Source of the DNA: an uncultured Eubacteriales bacterium
GTDB lineage: Bacteria; Bacillota; Clostridia; Christensenellales; UBA1242
Direction of reading: 5' to 3'
DNA: 64,000 bases
Assembly (NCBI GenBank): GCA_949001935.1
Contig: CARJLX010000001.1
Coordinates: forward strand, 115 to 64,114
The stretch's first letter is position 1. Every line of letters begins with the position of its first letter. The translations under genes and the position numbers were made by a program. Positions 60,874 through 64,000 of this stretch are shown here, piece by piece. A model generated the notes under the pieces. The model saw only the letters and a program-made list of their open reading frames with translations. It searched no databases and had not been told where the DNA came from.

Positions 60874-62406
60874 ATGCTTTCAAAGGTTTTAAGTTTTGGA
60901 TTGAAGGGAATTGAAGGGTTTAAAGTTGAGGTTGAAAGTGATATTTCATCTGGGCTTCCTAATTTTAATGTGGTTGGTCTTGCTGATACGGCTGTTAAAG
61001 AGGCTAAAGAGCGTGTGCGTTCTGCAATTAAGAATAGCGGGTTTGAATATCCAGTAAAAAGAATAACTGTCAATCTTGCACCTGCCGATGTGAAGAAGGA
61101 AGGGCCTATTTATGACCTTGCTATTGCGATTGGGATTTTAGGAGTTGACAAAGAGCTTGAATTAAAAAATATAGATAAGTATTGTTTTCTTGGGGAACTT
61201 AGTTTAGATGGGCGAATTAAGCGTATTAAAGGACTTTTACCTATTCTTATCTCAGCTAGGGCTTTAGGATACAAAAAATTTATTATTCCAAAAGAAAACG
61301 AGGTTGAGGCCAGTTTTATATCTGGGATTGAGGTTTATCCAATCAAAAGTTTATATGAATGTGTTGAATTTTTGAATGGTAAGTGTGAGGTTAAACCTAT
61401 TCAAGCATGTGATTTTCAAGAAGCATTATCTTCCAAGGTTGATGCCTTAGATTTTTGCAATGTCAAAGGTCAGGCTCAGGCAAAGAGAGCGCTCGAGATT
61501 GCGGCTGCTGGCGGGCACAATGTTATTATGATAGGACCTCCAGGAAGTGGAAAAAGTATGCTCGCAAAATGTTTTCCTTCAATTTTGCCAGAAATGACAT
61601 TTGAGGAAGCGTTAGAAGTGACTAAGATACATTCTGTTGCTGGTGAATTGGATTTAAAGCAAGGTATAGTTGCAAACAGGCCTTTTAGGAGTCCACATCA
61701 TACGGCTAGCACTGTTAGTTTAACAGGTGGCGGAAACAACTCAAAACCTGGAGAAATTTCGCTTGCACACAATGGTGTTCTATTTTTAGATGAATTACCA
61801 GAGTATTCGCGTCACACAATTGAAACTCTGCGTCAGCCTTTAGAGGACGGAGTTATAACTGTGGCAAGAGCAAATTCAACCGTCACATATCCAGCTTCTT
61901 TCACAATGGTTGCAAGTATGAACCCATGTCCATGTGGTAATTTTGGTAGTAAGGACAGAGAGTGCAAATGCAGTCCTCATCAAATACATTCATATCTTGC
62001 TAAACTCTCGGGGCCTATTATGGATAGAATAGATATTCATGTTGAGGTCGACAGTGTATCATATGATGATCTTAAAAGCACAAAAGCTGAGGAAACTTCT
62101 GCTGATATCAAAGCACGCGTTGATAGAGCAAGAGATATTCAATTAAAAAGATTTAGAGGCGAAAAGAATTATTGCAATGCCAAAATGAGTGTGCCACAAG
62201 TTAAAAAGTATTGTAAGCTAGATGACATGAGTGAGGGGATTCTACGCTCGGCTTTTGAAAAATTGAATTTATCTGCAAGGGCACACGATAGAATTTTAAA
62301 AGTTGCTAGAACCATTGCTGACCTTGAAGGTTTTGATGATATTCAAGCCATTCATATTGCAGAAGCTATAGGTTATCGCAGTTTAGATAGAAAATATTGG
62401 ACTTAA
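60874..62406 (+). CDS. comM: YifB/ComM Mg-chelatase-like AAA+ ATPase
   Basis: Lon-like N-domain, Walker A GPPGSGKSM, Cys cluster NPCPCGNFGSKDRECKC. Confidence 0.92.
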   Translation: MLSKVLSFGLKGIEGFKVEVESDISSGLPNFNVVGLADTAVKEAKERVRSAIKNSGFEYPVKRITVNLAPADVKKEGPIYDLAIAIGILGVDKELELKNIDKYCFLGELSLDGRIKRIKGLLPILISARALGYKKFIIPKENEVEASFISGIEVYPIKSLYECVEFLNGKCEVKPIQACDFQEALSSKVDALDFCNVKGQAQAKRALEIAAAGGHNVIMIGPPGSGKSMLAKCFPSILPEMTFEEALEVTKIHSVAGELDLKQGIVANRPFRSPHHTASTVSLTGGGNNSKPGEISLAHNGVLFLDELPEYSRHTIETLRQPLEDGVITVARANSTVTYPASFTMVASMNPCPCGNFGSKDRECKCSPHQIHSYLAKLSGPIMDRIDIHVEVDSVSYDDLKSTKAEETSADIKARVDRARDIQLKRFRGEKNYCNAKMSVPQVKKYCKLDDMSEGILRSAFEKLNLSARAHDRILKVARTIADLEGFDDIQAIHIAEAIGYRSLDRKYWT

Positions 62407-62474
62407 AAAGTGTTGACAAAACCTTATAAATTTGCTAAACCTAATAAAGTTTAATTTAACTAAAGGAAAAATAT

Positions 62475-63545
62475 ATGAAAGAATTAGAAAAATTTTTGAT
62501 TTGGCTTGCACAATTCAATTTAACACAAAAAAAGGTTGACGAAATTTTAAGTGTTTGTCAAGATTATGATATCTTAGCCTTTCCTAAAATTTCTGGACTT
62601 GATAAAACTTTTAAGTTTCAAGAATTGGAAGATATGAGAAGACAGGCTAATAGCACAGCCGTTAACAATTATTTTAATTCGTTAGAAAAACAAGGAATAC
62701 AAGTTATAACTGGGGTTAGCGAATTATATCCTGAGAAATTGAAGGGTTTAACTAATCCACCAAGTGCATTATTTTGTAAGGGTGATGTTTCTTTATTAAA
62801 AGAATTTGCTATTGCTATTGTTGGTTCTCGCACGCCAACTAATTATGGAAGAATTATAACAGACGAGTTTGCTGAAACTCTTGCTAAAAGTGGAGTAGTT
62901 ATTATAAGCGGTCTAGCTTATGGAATTGATAGTATTTCACATAAAAAGGCATTAGAAGTTGGAGGTAAAACTATTGCGGTGCTTGGTGGCGGATTTAATC
63001 ATATTTATCCTGCTGAGCATACATCATTAGCTGATGAAATTGCTAAAAAGGGGCTTTTGATAAGTGAATATTGTCCCTCTTTAAAACCTACTAAATATTC
63101 ATTTGTTGAAAGAAACAGAATTATTGCTGGTCTTTGTGATGGAATTTTGATTCCAGAAGCTAGTTTAAAAAGCGGAACTCGAAGCACTAAAGATTTTGCA
63201 TTAGATTGTGGCAAAGATGTTTTTGCCGTGCCAGGCTCGATTAAAAATGACAAAAGTGAGCTTCCAAATTTACTTATCTCGTGTGGTCACGCAAAGTGTG
63301 TTTTATCTCCTAAGAATATTTTAGAGGAATATAATATAAAGATGAAGCCAAAGGTTAGTGTTGTTAAAAACACTTCTGCACAAGAGGATGTTATCTTATC
63401 TTTACTTGCTGATGGTGAGAAAGATGTGGCATTTTTACAAGAAAATTCGGGTTTTGATATAAAAAACCTTAATTCTTATTTGACATTACTTGAAATTCGT
63501 GGAATAATAAGAAAGTTGCCGGGTAATTATTACGCGACCACTTAA
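62475..63545 (+). CDS. dprA: DNA processing protein DprA (Smf)
   Basis: IVGSRTPTNYG, SGLAYGIDS Rossmann core, C-terminal wHTH. Followed by topA. Confidence 0.9.
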   Translation: MKELEKFLIWLAQFNLTQKKVDEILSVCQDYDILAFPKISGLDKTFKFQELEDMRRQANSTAVNNYFNSLEKQGIQVITGVSELYPEKLKGLTNPPSALFCKGDVSLLKEFAIAIVGSRTPTNYGRIITDEFAETLAKSGVVIISGLAYGIDSISHKKALEVGGKTIAVLGGGFNHIYPAEHTSLADEIAKKGLLISEYCPSLKPTKYSFVERNRIIAGLCDGILIPEASLKSGTRSTKDFALDCGKDVFAVPGSIKNDKSELPNLLISCGHAKCVLSPKNILEEYNIKMKPKVSVVKNTSAQEDVILSLLADGEKDVAFLQENSGFDIKNLNSYLTLLEIRGIIRKLPGNYYATT

Positions 63546-63557
63546 TGGAGGATTATT

Positions 63558-64000
63558 TTGAAGTTAGTTATTATTGAATCTCCTTCAAAGAGAGAATCTT
63601 TAAAAAAATATTTGGGTTCTGATTATGAGATTTTTGCAACTAAGGGACATGTGAGAGATTTGCCACCTAAAAGTTTTGCTATTGATATTAAAAATAATTT
63701 TGAACCTCGTTATGAAATCCTTGCTGATAAAAAAGAACTTATTTCTGAGTTAAAAAGAAAGGCTGAAAAGGCTGATTATGTTTATATCGCAACTGACCCC
63801 GACCGTGAAGGTGAGGCTATTTCTTGGCATGTAGCCCATATTTTAGATTATCCTGCTGACAGAAAATGCCGTATACAATTCAACGAAATTTCTAAAAAAG
63901 CGGTCACTAAAGCTTTGGAAGAGCCAAGAGCTATTGACCTCAATTTAGTTGATGCACAGCAAGCAAGGCGTGTTATGGATAGGCTTGTGGGTTATAAGCT
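63558..64000 (+). CDS. topA: DNA topoisomerase I, 5' part (runs off the window)
   Basis: Toprim N-terminus LVIIESPSK...ATDPDREGEAISWH. TTG start after GGAGG. Confidence 0.9.
   Translation, partial: MKLVIIESPSKRESLKKYLGSDYEIFATKGHVRDLPPKSFAIDIKNNFEPRYEILADKKELISELKRKAEKADYVYIATDPDREGEAISWHVAHILDYPADRKCRIQFNEISKKAVTKALEEPRAIDLNLVDAQQARRVMDRLVGYK

Overview
This is a low-GC chromosomal segment from an endospore-forming Firmicute, tightly packed and with frequent TTG/GTG starts. The conserved backbone has four parts. (1) A non-canonical division/cell-wall cluster, murF-ddl-murE-mraY-murD-ftsW-murA-ftsQ-ftsA-ftsZ, runs directly into spoIIGA-sigE, with ymxH and sigG inverted. (2) Other sporulation and germination genes are present: spoIIR-sleB-ypeB, spoVG, spoIVA and an unlisted SpoVM-like sORF. 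(3) Housekeeping genes: nrdR, feoAB, der, plsY, rpmB, asp23-yloV, prfB with its +1 frameshift, tsaD, a U32 peptidase, rsmE, mtaB, rpsU and rplS. (4) comM-dprA-topA at the right edge. Accessory or unusual content is listed next. Two 253-bp direct repeats each carry a promoter-like element and end in a tRNA-like T-arm/acceptor/CCA minihelix, and they bracket an MFS + GH16 + GH cassette. Two divergent SLOG(YpsA-like)/XRE modules are present. There is an AlbA_2-ATPase regulator and a BspA-type LRR protein. Two giant GLUG-like beta-helix surface proteins occur in tandem, one of them frameshifted. A roughly 0.9-kb gene-poor stretch holds a GC-rich hairpin and two paralogous unlisted sORFs. Several recurring DNA motifs remain unexplained. 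I found no complete tRNA, rRNA, CRISPR array, transposase or integrase. All sigma-factor promoter and Spo0A-box calls are consensus matches made by eye in AT-rich DNA and are tentative.
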